DNA of 64,000 bases, taken from the IMG/VR virus record IMGVR_UViG_3300010051_000510. The stretch is one strand, 5' to 3'. The DNA comes from an uncultured virus (IMG/VR IMGVR_UViG_3300010051_000510). Its lineage: Duplodnaviria > Heunggongvirae > Uroviricota > Caudoviricetes. Below the pieces are notes generated by a model. That model was not told the DNA's origin. It ran no database searches and saw only the letters and a program-made list of their open reading frames with translations. The translations under genes were made by a program, and so were the position numbers. This document shows positions 20,237 through 30,287 of this stretch, piece after piece. Position 1 is the stretch's first letter, and every line of letters begins with the position of its first letter.

Positions 20237-20307
20237 CCGGCTCGGATAACCCGCATGCAGCGGCAATCGCCGCTGTCGCGCCGCGCCCCCAAGGCCGTAT
20301 GTTCACC

Positions 20308-20583
20308 ATGATGGCGAACTTCGACGTGCAGCGAGTGCAACGGCACCCCAAGGGGTTCTACGTGGCGGAGGTGCTGGTCGGCGACGAGATCGTCCGCATC
20401 GACAACGCCACCGGATCCTGGACATTCCCGGCCAACCCGGCGGAGGACCCCTCCGCACTGAACGTCGCACGCCGCGAAGTCATCGGCGCAGTCAAGGACA
20501 AAGCGCAGGCGATGGTCCGCCAGATGCAGGACGGCGCCGACGGCGAGCAGGCTCCCAGGCAGCCCCGCCGGCGCTTCAACTAG
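20308..20583 (+). CDS. Hypothetical protein
   Basis: TATGTT upstream of tandem ATGs, in frame with ORF 20191-20583. Confidence 0.6.
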   Translation: MMANFDVQRVQRHPKGFYVAEVLVGDEIVRIDNATGSWTFPANPAEDPSALNVARREVIGAVKDKAQAMVRQMQDGADGEQAPRQPRRRFN

Positions 20584-20619
20584 CGGGCCCGCAGCCGCCT
20601 CCGCGGATAACGTGCTGAC

Positions 20620-20955
20620 ATGAGCACGGACCACAGCGGCCTGGATGTCGCCGGGCTGATCAACGAAAGCCACGACGGCGGGCCCGGGGAGGAGCCGCGA
20701 CTGCAGGAGTTCGTCCGCACCCGCGAATGCTCTCCCGAAGCCGGGTACAAGCAGGCGTTCATGGTGCTGCTGCCCGGCCAGGCGATCGGCACCGTTGGCG
20801 TCGCGTCCGACACCAACGTCGCCTACGCGATCCTGCCCAGCGGCGAGATCCTCGCCGGGTACCGCACCGTCAAGCAGGCCGCCGAGGCGCTCGCCGGCAA
20901 CCTGGACGAGGCGCGCCGCCGTCCCCTCCGCCCGTCGCAGCCGGTGGCCGCATGA
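20620..20955 (+). CDS. Hypothetical protein
   Basis: GCGGA-TAACGT-6nt-ATG. Confidence 0.7.
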   Translation: MSTDHSGLDVAGLINESHDGGPGEEPRLQEFVRTRECSPEAGYKQAFMVLLPGQAIGTVGVASDTNVAYAILPSGEILAGYRTVKQAAEALAGNLDEARRRPLRPSQPVAA

Positions 20956-21527
20956 AGATCCCCTTCCGCAACCGCCCCCAGGGATATGACGCGTGGCGCG
21001 GCCCTCTGCGCCTGGTCGCCGTCCAGCCCGAGTTCGACGGGCAGCAGCCGCCCAACGGGACCAGCTGGGCGTGCCTGCACCCCGACTGCATCCACCGATG
21101 GGGCCAGCACGGCCTGTGGGGGACCGCCGAGGGGATGAGCAAGCACCTCGCCGCGCACCCCGGCCAGCAGCAGCTCGCGCTGATCTACCACCCCGACAAC
21201 TACGTCGGAGACAGCCCGGACGCCTGGCAGCTCGTCCAGACGCTCGTGGATGCGCGCGACACCGGCGAGCCGATCATGATCGACCTGCGCGCCACCAACA
21301 GGGCAGCCGACGCGACCGAGCCGCTGCTCGACGGCTACCGGGGCGTCGCCTACGTCACCGCGGCCGACGACTACGGCCGCGCGGTCATCGTCGCCGCCGA
21401 CGGGCAGACGATCACGCTCGGTGCCGCCCCGGTACGGTCGATCCGCCCGCTGCTTCCCGGCGAAGCCGACGCGCTCAGGCTGAACGGCGCAGCCTCACAG
21501 GGATCGTCAGGGCGCACTTGCAAATGA
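20952..21527 (+). CDS. Hypothetical protein (possible C2H2-like zinc site)
   Basis: ATGA overlap with the upstream gene. CLHPDC..HLAAH. Confidence 0.6.
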   Translation: MKIPFRNRPQGYDAWRGPLRLVAVQPEFDGQQPPNGTSWACLHPDCIHRWGQHGLWGTAEGMSKHLAAHPGQQQLALIYHPDNYVGDSPDAWQLVQTLVDARDTGEPIMIDLRATNRAADATEPLLDGYRGVAYVTAADDYGRAVIVAADGQTITLGAAPVRSIRPLLPGEADALRLNGAASQGSSGRTCK

Positions 21528-21601
21528 GCGCCCTGCTGGACCAGTTGCAAGCCGAGCAGCCTGACCGTCTCTGACCACCGAGTCGCTGATAAGTTGATGT
21601 C

Positions 21602-21895
21602 ATGCCCGTCGTCCTAGACCCCGTGAAGATCGAGAAGCCGAACACCGCAGACAGCGGGCCCGGCAACTCGTTCATGGCCGAGATCCACTGCTTCAACCAG
21701 GACGACGTGTCGATGGACGCGGTCGTCATCATCTTCTGCCAGGTGCTGCCCGGCATGACCGTCGAGAAGGCCGTCCAGAAGATGCTCGACGTACACAACA
21801 ACGGCGTCGGCACGATCTTCCACGGCGCCCGCGAGGTCTGCGAGCTGTACAGCGAGCAGATGAACGGCATGGGCCTGGACACCAAGGTCGTCTGA
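21602..21895 (+). CDS. clpS: ClpS-like Clp protease adaptor
   Basis: CFNQDDVSMDAVV..MTVEKAVQKMLDVHNNGVG..VCELYSEQM..GL. GCTGA-TAAGTT-6nt-ATG. Confidence 0.8.
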   Translation: MPVVLDPVKIEKPNTADSGPGNSFMAEIHCFNQDDVSMDAVVIIFCQVLPGMTVEKAVQKMLDVHNNGVGTIFHGAREVCELYSEQMNGMGLDTKVV

Positions 21896-22117
21896 CCCGA
21901 CCACGCCGCCCAGAGCACGCACCGCCTGCGAGCCTGAAACTGCGCGGTCTGCCCCACGGCGGCGACGGCACGCGAATCGCGAGGTGTCCAGAAGTTCGCG
22001 AGCGCTGCCGCGCTGACCGCCCATAAGGCGGCCGTCGAGGGATCAACAGGTCGCTGCCGTCCGCCGTAAGCGGCGGTAGGCTGCCGTCGTGTCCCGTACC
22101 CCGCCGGAGAGAGGACG

Positions 22118-22852
22118 ATGAGCGAGTTCCTCGACCAGAAACGCCGTGAGATCGACGACCGGCTGCGTGAGCTACGCCCGCTCGTCGACGAATACGAACG
22201 GCTCTCCGCCGCCAGCGAAGCGCTGGAACGCGCCGTTCCCAGCGCGCCCGCCCCGACACGACGGCCAGCAGCGCGGCGCGCCCCGGCTCGCACGAGCGCC
22301 GCCTCGACCGCCAACGCCCGCCGGGGCCGGCCCCGGGGCAGCGGCCAGCGCGCCAAGCAGGCTCGGAGCATCATCGCGCGCCACCCCGGCATCACCCTGC
22401 CTGACTTGGCCGCCAGGATGGGCATCAAGCCCAACTACCTGTACCGGGTCCTCCCAGTCCTCGAACAGGAGGGCAGCATCCGCCGCGACGGAGACGGATG
22501 GACCGCCGTTAACACCGCTGACGCGCAGACCGCGCCCGAGGCGTCGCCGGCGGCAGCACATGAGCCTGCTGTCGAAGAGGCGCCGGTTGCCGCCCAGGAC
22601 GACCCGTCCGCGGACGGCCCGCCAGAAGCCGCCGAGACGACCGCACAGCCTGACGAGGACGGGTCCGCGGAGGAAGCCGACGCCTCGCAAGCCGAAGTCG
22701 AGGGCGCCCCGGCGGATGCGGCCGAGCCGACCGCGGACGCCGCCGCGCCCGAACCGGCGCCGGATGACACGCCCGAACCGGCCGCCGAGCCGGCGGCGAA
22801 ACCGAAGCGGGCACGCAACCGCGCCAGTAAGCCCGCGGACGCGAAGACCTGA
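22118..22852 (+). CDS. Coiled-coil + AT-hook-like + winged-helix DNA-binding protein
   Basis: N-terminal coiled coil, RRGRPRG, PGITLPDLAARMGIKPNYLYRVL. Acidic disordered tail. SD GGAGAGG. Confidence 0.8.
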   Translation: MSEFLDQKRREIDDRLRELRPLVDEYERLSAASEALERAVPSAPAPTRRPAARRAPARTSAASTANARRGRPRGSGQRAKQARSIIARHPGITLPDLAARMGIKPNYLYRVLPVLEQEGSIRRDGDGWTAVNTADAQTAPEASPAAAHEPAVEEAPVAAQDDPSADGPPEAAETTAQPDEDGSAEEADASQAEVEGAPADAAEPTADAAAPEPAPDDTPEPAAEPAAKPKRARNRASKPADAKT

Positions 22853-22935
22853 CATCAGCCTGATAACCCCCCGGTCGGGGAGGATGCGACAACCATCCGC
22901 TCCGACCGGCCTATGGCTGATAGCGTGGGAGTATC

Positions 22936-23205
22936 ATGTCTATGACGATCGCGCGCGACATGGCCGCTTCCTCGCAGGCCTACTTCGCCTTCAAGGGTCT
23001 TCTCGACCGCCTCGGCCCCGCCAAGCTGCAGACCAAGGAGCGCGAGCAGCTCATGGACGCCGCCGACGCCATCCTCTTCGACGAGGATGACGCCCAGGCC
23101 AAGCAGCAGGCGGCGCACGACCTTCTCGACCATCTCGTCGCCGGCGACCGCTGGATCGAGGAGACCGGCCAGGACGCCAAGGACCACCTGGACGCGATCC
23201 GCTAA
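22936..23205 (+). CDS. Hypothetical protein
   Basis: LGPAKL..ERE..AADAILF..LVAGDRW. Recalled as resembling a small Solirubrobacterales family. Confidence 0.65.
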   Translation: MSMTIARDMAASSQAYFAFKGLLDRLGPAKLQTKEREQLMDAADAILFDEDDAQAKQQAAHDLLDHLVAGDRWIEETGQDAKDHLDAIR

Positions 23206-23219
23206 GGGCGACGGTCAGC

Positions 23220-23696
23220 ATGCTCGCATCCCTCCGCCAGTTCATGCAGGACCGCAGCGACCGCAAGCTGCTGGAAGTCCGCGATCGGATGATCCGCCGT
23301 GTGGCGGAGATCGAGTACCTGGCCGCCCAGGCCTACTACGTAAACGGCTGCAAGCCCATCGAAGCCGGGCCGGTCCGCGCGGCCGGAACCCGCCGCTTCG
23401 ACCAGGGAGTGAGCGACCATCCGACCGAGCTGGTCGTCGCCGGGCACACCCTCCCAACCCCGGGTCCCATGACCACCCAGCAGATCGGGCTGTGCATCCG
23501 CTACCGGCGGGAGCTGGAAGCGTTCGCTGCCGAGGCTCAACGGCAGATCGATCAGCATCACAAGGAGTACAAGCGGATGAAGGACGAGCGCTGGGACCAT
23601 GAGCAGCAGCTGCTGCGCCAGCGCGCGGACGATCGCCGCCGCCGCGAGGTTGTCGAACTGCGCGAGGTCATCGACGGCGGTAAGGTCAAGGCATGA
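23220..23696 (+). CDS. Hypothetical coiled-coil protein
   Basis: Coding-like. ATGA overlap with the next gene. Confidence 0.65.
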   Translation: MLASLRQFMQDRSDRKLLEVRDRMIRRVAEIEYLAAQAYYVNGCKPIEAGPVRAAGTRRFDQGVSDHPTELVVAGHTLPTPGPMTTQQIGLCIRYRRELEAFAAEAQRQIDQHHKEYKRMKDERWDHEQQLLRQRADDRRRREVVELREVIDGGKVKA

Positions 23697-24253
23697 GCGA
23701 GCGGTTCGCGCAGATCCCCAAGCCGTTGCAGGAGCTGCTTTACGCGCGCGGGCAGCTGCCGCCGCCGGTGATCGCATACACCTACGGCGGTGAGGACATC
23801 AAGTCCGTGCGCTCCCAGGCGACCGCGGAAGGCTGGAAGGGCGGCTACGACAGCGCTGTTCGCGACCTGATCGCGCTCGGCGTCATCGACCCCAGCCTCC
23901 TTGATCTGCCCGCCGCCCCCGACGGTCGCGCCCATAAGGAGGAGGGCGCCGACGAGCATGAGCGCGCCCGCCGGCTCACCGCCTGGTCACAAGCGGTCCA
24001 CGCTCCGCAGACGCAGGTGGCGGTGATGATGACCCGCCAGGAGATCACCGCGCTGCGCGAGAACGTCGACCGGGATGCGGCCGCGTTGCGCGCCCGCATC
24101 GAGCAGGACCGCCCGCGGTTGCGCGGGGAGGACCTCGCCGAGCTGGAAGCGAAGCTGGCCCGGCTGGAAGCGCGCTCGCGCGAACTGACCGACACCTACT
24201 TCGCGGAGGTCAGCCGCATCTACTTCGACACGCTGGACCGCGCCGCCGCCTGA
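23693..24253 (+). CDS. Hypothetical coiled-coil protein
   Basis: Overlapping stop/start with 23220-23696. Confidence 0.65.
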   Translation: MSERFAQIPKPLQELLYARGQLPPPVIAYTYGGEDIKSVRSQATAEGWKGGYDSAVRDLIALGVIDPSLLDLPAAPDGRAHKEEGADEHERARRLTAWSQAVHAPQTQVAVMMTRQEITALRENVDRDAAALRARIEQDRPRLRGEDLAELEAKLARLEARSRELTDTYFAEVSRIYFDTLDRAAA

Positions 24254-24734
24254 GCCCCGGGCGACCCGGCAGTCGCCGCCGAGACGACCGCACAGCCAGT
24301 TCAACTCACCTGCTTGCCCGGCCTGCGACGCCGGCTACCTCAACTACGACGACGAGGACGGCTTGGAGGCGGACCTCGACAAGCTCGCCGGCGCCGCCTA
24401 CCGCTGGGCCGATCTGATCACCGACGGCGCCGCGGACCAGCACCCCGCGCTGCTGGAACTCCCCCAGCTGCCGCGGCAGGAGATCACCGGCTTGTGGACC
24501 CGCTGCATGCTCGGTGTCCGCGAAGCCGAACGCGACCGCCGACGGCAGTCCAAGCGCAACCGGTAGCCGGCTCCGGCGCGCTTCATGCGCGCTGATAACG
24601 TGCCTGTATGGTCCGGCATGAGGCGGAAAGCGCGATCCAGAACGCCGGTCGCCGCGCGGAGCGTTCCGATCATCCTGGCTGCACCGACAACGGAAGGGCA
24701 GCGCTGGTCCGGCGCGTCCGCGTAGGTTTCAGTC

Positions 24735-25706
24735 GTGGCTGATGACGCTCTTCTGACCGGCGACCAGCTCGTCGACGATCTCTGGATGCGCCGCGCCGCG
24801 GTGGAGAACTGGGCGCGCCTGAACGACATCAACGGGCTGTCGCTCGTCGAAGTTCGCATGCGGCTGCTGGACGAGCTGCGCGCCAACGGCCGCCTCGGCC
24901 TGACCCCTCCCGCGTGGATGACCAGCGCCAAACCCGGAGTCGACGCTTGGATCGAAGTGCCCGGCGGGGTGCTCGCCGTCCAGGCCGTCGACCCCGCCGA
25001 CAACAACGGCCGCCGCTGGCTGGCCGCCAACTGCCTGGCTTCGCGCCGGCGACCCGGCCGCCGTGACCAGACCGCCCCGGCGCGCATGACCAACAGCAAA
25101 CTGTCCGCCGATCAGGTCAGCCAGCTCGCCGCGATGAACCCGGTGCAGCTACGCGAGGTGATCTGGCTCAGCGAGCACAGCCTCACCCGCCTGCACGAAC
25201 GCGCGCTGCGCGTCCCCTGGCCCGCCGACCGGCCCCTCGGCGAGACGCTCGACCGGGCATGGGCGCTCATCGTCGTCGGAGGCGGGCGCGTGCAAGCGCA
25301 GGCGCCCGACTGGGCGGACGCCGCCGGCACCGGAGGCCCGTCGCTGATCTTCGATCTCGGGGCGGATGTCGTCGCGATGCCGCTACAGCCTGACATCGTC
25401 CGCGAGGGGATGATCGCCGCCGCGGCAACCGCGCTCAGCCGCAGATGGGTGCGCGACGACCTGCTGGACCTGACCGGGGACGCGCTCGCCGGCCGCGTGC
25501 AGATCTCCGCCAATGCCTCGTCGGCCGCGCATCCGGACCTGCCCGCCCAGGAGGGCGCTGACGCGCTCACGCAGACGATCGCCGCGCACGGCCAGGTGCG
25601 CCTCACCGATCGGCAGGTGCGGATCCTGCTGCCCGGCGGGCAGCTGGTCCTGCGCCCCGCCAACGGCCGCTGGGCGGCGATGGCCTGGCTGCCCGACCGC
25701 CACTGA
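24735..25706 (+). CDS. Protein with three degenerate internal repeats
   Basis: TAGGTT-6nt-GTG. Units begin LTGDQL / MNPVQL / LTGDAL. Confidence 0.65.
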   Translation: MADDALLTGDQLVDDLWMRRAAVENWARLNDINGLSLVEVRMRLLDELRANGRLGLTPPAWMTSAKPGVDAWIEVPGGVLAVQAVDPADNNGRRWLAANCLASRRRPGRRDQTAPARMTNSKLSADQVSQLAAMNPVQLREVIWLSEHSLTRLHERALRVPWPADRPLGETLDRAWALIVVGGGRVQAQAPDWADAAGTGGPSLIFDLGADVVAMPLQPDIVREGMIAAAATALSRRWVRDDLLDLTGDALAGRVQISANASSAAHPDLPAQEGADALTQTIAAHGQVRLTDRQVRILLPGGQLVLRPANGRWAAMAWLPDRH

Positions 25707-25723
25707 ACGGATAACGTGATCGC

Positions 25724-26182
25724 ATGAGGCACGATCCGACGTCCAGCAGCGGCTGGGTGAAATTCCCCGTCGGCGACCCCGGCTACCGAGACACCGGCGA
25801 GGGAGGCCTCACCGTCCACGCGCTGTTCTTCACCGCGGACGGGCCCAACGCCGACGACCCGTTCGTCCACAATGCCGAGACCGCCCTCACCGTCTGGCTG
25901 GACGGCGGCCCGACCCGCTGCGCGGACCCTCACGCCGACGCTGTCGCCGGCATGTTCGACCCCAGCGGCCTGCTCACCCACCACGACGGCCCCGACTCGG
26001 CCGGCATCTACAACCTGCTGGCGTCCGTGTGCCTGGGCAGCACCGGCGGCGCGTTCTGCGACAGCACCGGCTACTTCACCTGCACGCGAGACGACCTCAC
26101 CGCGGACGGGCTCGCGCTCGTCCAGCAGCTGGAACGCCTCTACGACCGCCCGGCGGTGCTGATCACCAACCTGGACACCTGA
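25724..26182 (+). CDS. Hypothetical protein
   Basis: CGGA-TAACGT-6nt-ATG. Confidence 0.7.
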   Translation: MRHDPTSSSGWVKFPVGDPGYRDTGEGGLTVHALFFTADGPNADDPFVHNAETALTVWLDGGPTRCADPHADAVAGMFDPSGLLTHHDGPDSAGIYNLLASVCLGSTGGAFCDSTGYFTCTRDDLTADGLALVQQLERLYDRPAVLITNLDT

Positions 26183-26739
26183 TGGGGCTGCACCGCGACC
26201 CCGACATTCACCACGCCGGCAGCAGCGACAGCTGGCTGGTTGACGACCTGCCCTTCGCCATCACCCGAGTGCAGTCCTGGTTTCCCGGTGAGCGGACCTA
26301 CTGGCGGGTGCAGACCGACGGGGAGTTCCTGCGCCATCGCGCGTTCCTGCACGAGACCGGCCTGAGCCGGCAGCGGTTCCCCACCCGCAAAGCCGCGCGC
26401 GCCACCCTCGAACTGCTGCTGGACCAGCGCGCCAAGCCGCTGCCGCCGCTGACCCTGCCCCGACTGCGGCGAGTCAGCGCCGGTCTGCATCACGACCCGA
26501 CCGGCGATTTCGCGGTCGTCCGCGAGGCGTTTACCTTCCCGGCGCGTACCGTCTCCTGCTCCACGGTCACCGTCACCGGCTGGCAGATCAAGCCGCGCAG
26601 CACCGAGGCCAAGACGCTGCTGGGCACCGGCTTCGCCGGCGACAAGGTGCTGACGCTGCACGGCGCAGCGCGGGCGTTGGCCACCCGCGGCTACACCGCG
26701 CTGCGCTGGGCGCGCGAAGACGCGGCCGAAGTGGCCTAA
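26182..26739 (+). CDS. Paralog family A protein (divergent)
   Basis: WLVDDLPFAITR..GLSRQRFPTRKAARATL..LRRVSAGLHHDPTG..TLHGAA. TGATG overlap with the upstream gene. Confidence 0.7.
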   Translation: MGLHRDPDIHHAGSSDSWLVDDLPFAITRVQSWFPGERTYWRVQTDGEFLRHRAFLHETGLSRQRFPTRKAARATLELLLDQRAKPLPPLTLPRLRRVSAGLHHDPTGDFAVVREAFTFPARTVSCSTVTVTGWQIKPRSTEAKTLLGTGFAGDKVLTLHGAARALATRGYTALRWAREDAAEVA

Positions 26740-27338
26740 GCCCCGGTCAGCGCCGGCTCCCGCGCCTCGGCCGGCTGCTCCTCCGCGGCGGACCCGTTGG
26801 ACGACGGCTGCGTCTTGTTCGGCTCAGAACGTGACCGTCGCGCCCGGCTCTTCTTGGCGGGCGTCGCCGCCCCCTCACCGTCGGCGATGGCATACAACTC
26901 ACGGTTTCGGTCACGCATCAGCTGGTTGCTGTCGATCAGCTTGCGCACATGGAACTGCGCGTTGGCGACCGTCAAACCCAGCTGCTGGGCCAGCTGCATC
27001 GTCGTCAGCCCCGGATGCTCGCGGACATACTCCAACAGCTGCTCGGCCCGCTCGCCCTTACGAGCGATCGACCCGCCGCGATCGCGCGTCGGACGGCGAC
27101 GGCGCGGGGCGGCTGAACCGCGAGGCGTAGGCGCCGGCGTTCGTGTCCCGCCAGCTGTCAGGGTGCCCTGTTCGTCGAACCCGGCCTGACGCAACGCCTC
27201 GGCGGCCGCGCTGACCTCCGCGTACTCGGCAGCCAGCGGCGCGAGCGCTTTCTCTCTGGCGAAGATCGCCGCGACACCATCGTGCAGCCTATCGATTGTC
27301 TGGTCCTGCGCGCGCGGAGATTGACGCCTGGTCGGCAT
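26736..27338 (-). CDS. Coiled-coil + winged-helix DNA-binding protein, paralog of 22118-22852
   Basis: LAPLAAEYAEVSAAAEAL..RAEQLLEYVREHPGLTTMQLAQQLGL. SD GGAGGGG before ATG 27338. Confidence 0.75.
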   Translation of the reverse strand: MPTRRQSPRAQDQTIDRLHDGVAAIFAREKALAPLAAEYAEVSAAAEALRQAGFDEQGTLTAGGTRTPAPTPRGSAAPRRRRPTRDRGGSIARKGERAEQLLEYVREHPGLTTMQLAQQLGLTVANAQFHVRKLIDSNQLMRDRNRELYAIADGEGAATPAKKSRARRSRSEPNKTQPSSNGSAAEEQPAEAREPALTGA

Positions 27339-27426
27339 GTACGGATCCCCTCCCGGTTCGATCAACGTTCCGCGAGTATAAGCGCAGCCGCGTGCGTTCG
27401 TCGCCCGGCACGCGTAACGTCGGAAG

Positions 27427-27933
27427 GTGAGCGGGATGTTGAAGCTGATCGGGCTGATCGGCGTGCTCGTTCTCCTCAGCGGGTTCGCGTCGCGTATGGG
27501 AGCTGACGCCGGGAAGCTCGTGGAGTTCGCTTCGGTCCACGGCGGCATGTGGTCGCCGGAACCGCCAACCAAAAGCGAACCGTGCCGAACGGCCGCGCGC
27601 GGCGCGCGGCCCGACCGCGGCTGCACGCCCGGCGCGATCATCGACAACCCCGCCAAAGACCGCCTGTGCCGACGCAATGCAAGTTTCAAGGTGCCCGGCT
27701 GGCTGCAACGCAGAGTCCGGGCCGCCTACCGCGCCGACGGGCCGGCGATCCTGCTGATCCCCCGGTCACTGGGCGGCAAGATCGTCGCCGCCAACGCCTG
27801 GGCGCCCCGCCCCGAGGTCCGCCGCCGACTGCAACGCCGCCAGAACGCGGTGCGCCGGAGCGTCTGCACCGGCGATATCACCCTCAACAAGGCGCAGTAC
27901 CAGCTCGCGCAGGACTGGCGCAAAGCCGGCTGA
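27427..27933 (+). CDS. Secreted or anchored protein, degenerate HNH-like
   Basis: TM segment, CTPGAII..LC, LIPRSLGG..NAW, VCTGDITL..AQ. The expected catalytic His is not visible. Confidence 0.5.
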   Translation: MSGMLKLIGLIGVLVLLSGFASRMGADAGKLVEFASVHGGMWSPEPPTKSEPCRTAARGARPDRGCTPGAIIDNPAKDRLCRRNASFKVPGWLQRRVRAAYRADGPAILLIPRSLGGKIVAANAWAPRPEVRRRLQRRQNAVRRSVCTGDITLNKAQYQLAQDWRKAG

Positions 27934-27966
27934 CGCCCAACCAGGTCCCGCGGATAACGTAAGTGC

Positions 27967-28410
27967 ATGAGCGTCATCGTGACCGACGATCCGCAGCTGC
28001 TCGCGGCGCTGGACGCGCTGCCTCCGCGATCTGCGTTCTCCAACCCGCAGCTGCGGCTGCATACCCTGCTGGCCAGCAGCGCCCGGATGATCAACAACCA
28101 GTCGGCGACCGGCAAGGTCTACCGCGGCCACATCACCTTCGGGCCCGCGAACCCCGAGCGGCCTGAGGTCCGCTCGTTCGTGGCCGTCGCCACCTACGGC
28201 CGCGGCGGATCCGGAGCCGGGGACGGCAGTCAGTTCACCATCGTCGGCTCCTCTCGCTGCCTCGCCCATGTCGCCCAGATGATCAACGACAAGCTGTACG
28301 CCAAACACCGCCGCGGCTACGAGCAGGAGGGCGCCCCGTGGGACCTGCCGCACATTGCTGACGCCGACGCCCGCCGCAACGCGATCAAACTGCTGGAGCG
28401 CTCCTCGTGA
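27967..28410 (+). CDS. Hypothetical protein, WGR-like
   Basis: GKVYRG..ATYGRGG..KLYAKHRRGY. GCGGA-TAACGT-6nt-ATG. Confidence 0.55.
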   Translation: MSVIVTDDPQLLAALDALPPRSAFSNPQLRLHTLLASSARMINNQSATGKVYRGHITFGPANPERPEVRSFVAVATYGRGGSGAGDGSQFTIVGSSRCLAHVAQMINDKLYAKHRRGYEQEGAPWDLPHIADADARRNAIKLLERSS

Positions 28411-28796
28411 GCGCCGCCGAGCCGTTGCGGGTCGGCGGCGCCTACCTGGTCAAGCCCGCCGGGAAGAAGGGCACGTTGATTCATGACCCGTCCCCCGGCG
28501 GGCCGTCGGACCGCAAGGTCCGCTTGCGCGGCCATCGCGGCGATGAATGGGAGACACGCGCGTACAACCTCACCGGCACCTGGGATGAGCATCGTCAGCG
28601 CAACTCCAAGCGGGGCGGCATCAAGGACAAGGCCAAAGCGTTGGAGCAGCTCCTGGCCGCCACCTACGGATTGCGGTCCTGGAACATCGAGCACACCGTC
28701 AAGGACGCGGAGAAGGTCGTCGTGAAGGTCACGCTCGATGAGACGCAGCTGGATCAGCTGCTGATGGATCTCATCGTCGGCGCCGACAGCCGCTGA
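28407..28796 (+). CDS. Hypothetical protein
   Basis: GTGA overlap with the upstream gene. Confidence 0.6.
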   Translation: MSAAEPLRVGGAYLVKPAGKKGTLIHDPSPGGPSDRKVRLRGHRGDEWETRAYNLTGTWDEHRQRNSKRGGIKDKAKALEQLLAATYGLRSWNIEHTVKDAEKVVVKVTLDETQLDQLLMDLIVGADSR

Positions 28797-28802
28797 GAGC
28801 GC

Positions 28803-29168
28803 TCACAGAACCGGCTGGACGTCCAGCACGGTCAGATCGTCGGGGTTCAGCAGGGCGATGCGGGTGATGTTGCGAGGCGCCAACGTCGACCCCAACGCGT
28901 GGAAGACCTGGCCGGCGGCGAGCAGATCCTGGCTGCTGAACGACGCCAGCACCTCCGGCACGAGCGTCTGCGCGATCGCCGGGCCCGGCGCGTACACCGC
29001 GACCGGCAACGTCAACGTCACCAGCATCTGCCGGCGGCGGGAGGCGCCTGCGGACCCGAACCCGACCGGCGCGGTTTCATAGGTGGCGATCGCTTCCAGT
29101 GAGGCGACGACCCGCCAGAGCGCGTGATCGTCGATGCTGATGTCCTGCGTGGCGGCCATGAGGTCCAT
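28803..29168 (-). CDS. Hypothetical protein
   Basis: Coding-like ORF. Confidence 0.55.
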   Translation of the reverse strand: MDLMAATQDISIDDHALWRVVASLEAIATYETAPVGFGSAGASRRRQMLVTLTLPVAVYAPGPAIAQTLVPEVLASFSSQDLLAAGQVFHALGSTLAPRNITRIALLNPDDLTVLDVQPVL

Positions 29169-29260
29169 AGATCAGCTTGCCAGCGGCCAGCTGACTCTTG
29201 CGAGCGTCACCGCGCTTTTCAGGTTGAACGGTGGCGCGAAGACGCTCGCAGAGCTGCGGG

Positions 29261-29566
29261 TCAGGCTGCGGCGACCTCACGGCCGGCGAGAACGTCACGG
29301 TAGGTGACGACACCCTCGGCCTCCTGGGCGGCGACATGCTCGTCGACGGAGATGACCGCCCAGACCGGCTGGTCCTCATGGGCGCGCAACGACAGCTGCT
29401 GGGCCAGCTCCAGCGTGAAACCTTCCAGCCGCCCGGAGCGGTGGTACTTGGTCTTGGTGACGTCGACCGCCTGCACGACGACGTAACGGGTGTCCTTGTC
29501 GCCTGCGACGCCGGTGGTGTTCTTGCTGCGACCGGCGATCTTCGCCGGCTTCTTGCCCTTGGCCAT
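29261..29566 (-). CDS. Hypothetical protein with basic N-terminus
   Basis: MAKGKKPAKIAGR. SD GGAGAAG upstream. Confidence 0.6.
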   Translation of the reverse strand: MAKGKKPAKIAGRSKNTTGVAGDKDTRYVVVQAVDVTKTKYHRSGRLEGFTLELAQQLSLRAHEDQPVWAVISVDEHVAAQEAEGVVTYRDVLAGREVAAA

Positions 29567-29679
29567 GTCTTTGCTTCTCCGGTGGTGTGATGTGAGATTC
29601 GTGGACGTCCGCGCGTGCGGCGCCGCTTCCAGCAACCTACGCCACACACCACCACTTGACGCGCGGATAACATGCAAAC

Positions 29680-30114
29680 ATGAGAGTCGAGGACCTGGTG
29701 ATCGGACGGCTGTACGAGCACAGCTTCGACGGCCGTGTCAAGCTCATCTCCATAGAATCCGAGCAGTACGTCACGGTACGCAAGGGCAGCAAGACGTCGA
29801 GGACCGGTCCCGTCCATCTGATCCGCACCTGGGCCGAACGCGAACGCCGTCGCAAGGACTTCGACGAGCGCCGCAACGATCTGAACAAGATCATCGGCGA
29901 GCTGAGCGACGTCCTCAGCGGCTGCGACATCGACGCTGCGGTTGGCGGCGCGAGCGTCGGAAGGCCGGGCACCGTCCACGGACGCATGGCCGAGCAGCAC
30001 ACCGTCACCGTCGAGCTGGACCACGGCGCCGCCGCGCTGCTGGTCGAGATCCTGCGCTCTGCCAGCACCGGCCGATCAGACGCGCTCATCGGCGCGCTCG
30101 GCCTGGACGCTTGA
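29680..30114 (+). CDS. Hypothetical protein
   Basis: GCGGA-TAACAT-6nt-ATG. Confidence 0.7.
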   Translation: MRVEDLVIGRLYEHSFDGRVKLISIESEQYVTVRKGSKTSRTGPVHLIRTWAERERRRKDFDERRNDLNKIIGELSDVLSGCDIDAAVGGASVGRPGTVHGRMAEQHTVTVELDHGAAALLVEILRSASTGRSDALIGALGLDA

Positions 30115-30287
30115 CCGGGCCCGCTGACCCCGCCATGGGAGGCGGTACGTTCAGGCATGGCGCTACCCGGAGAGCAACGCCCCGCCCGGTTTGAGCCGGC
30201 GCAATGGCCGCCGCCATCGGTGAAGCCCGCCGAGCCCGACCCGGTCACGCAGCCTGCGCCGCCGCAGCAGGAGTCGGTTCCGGCGCG

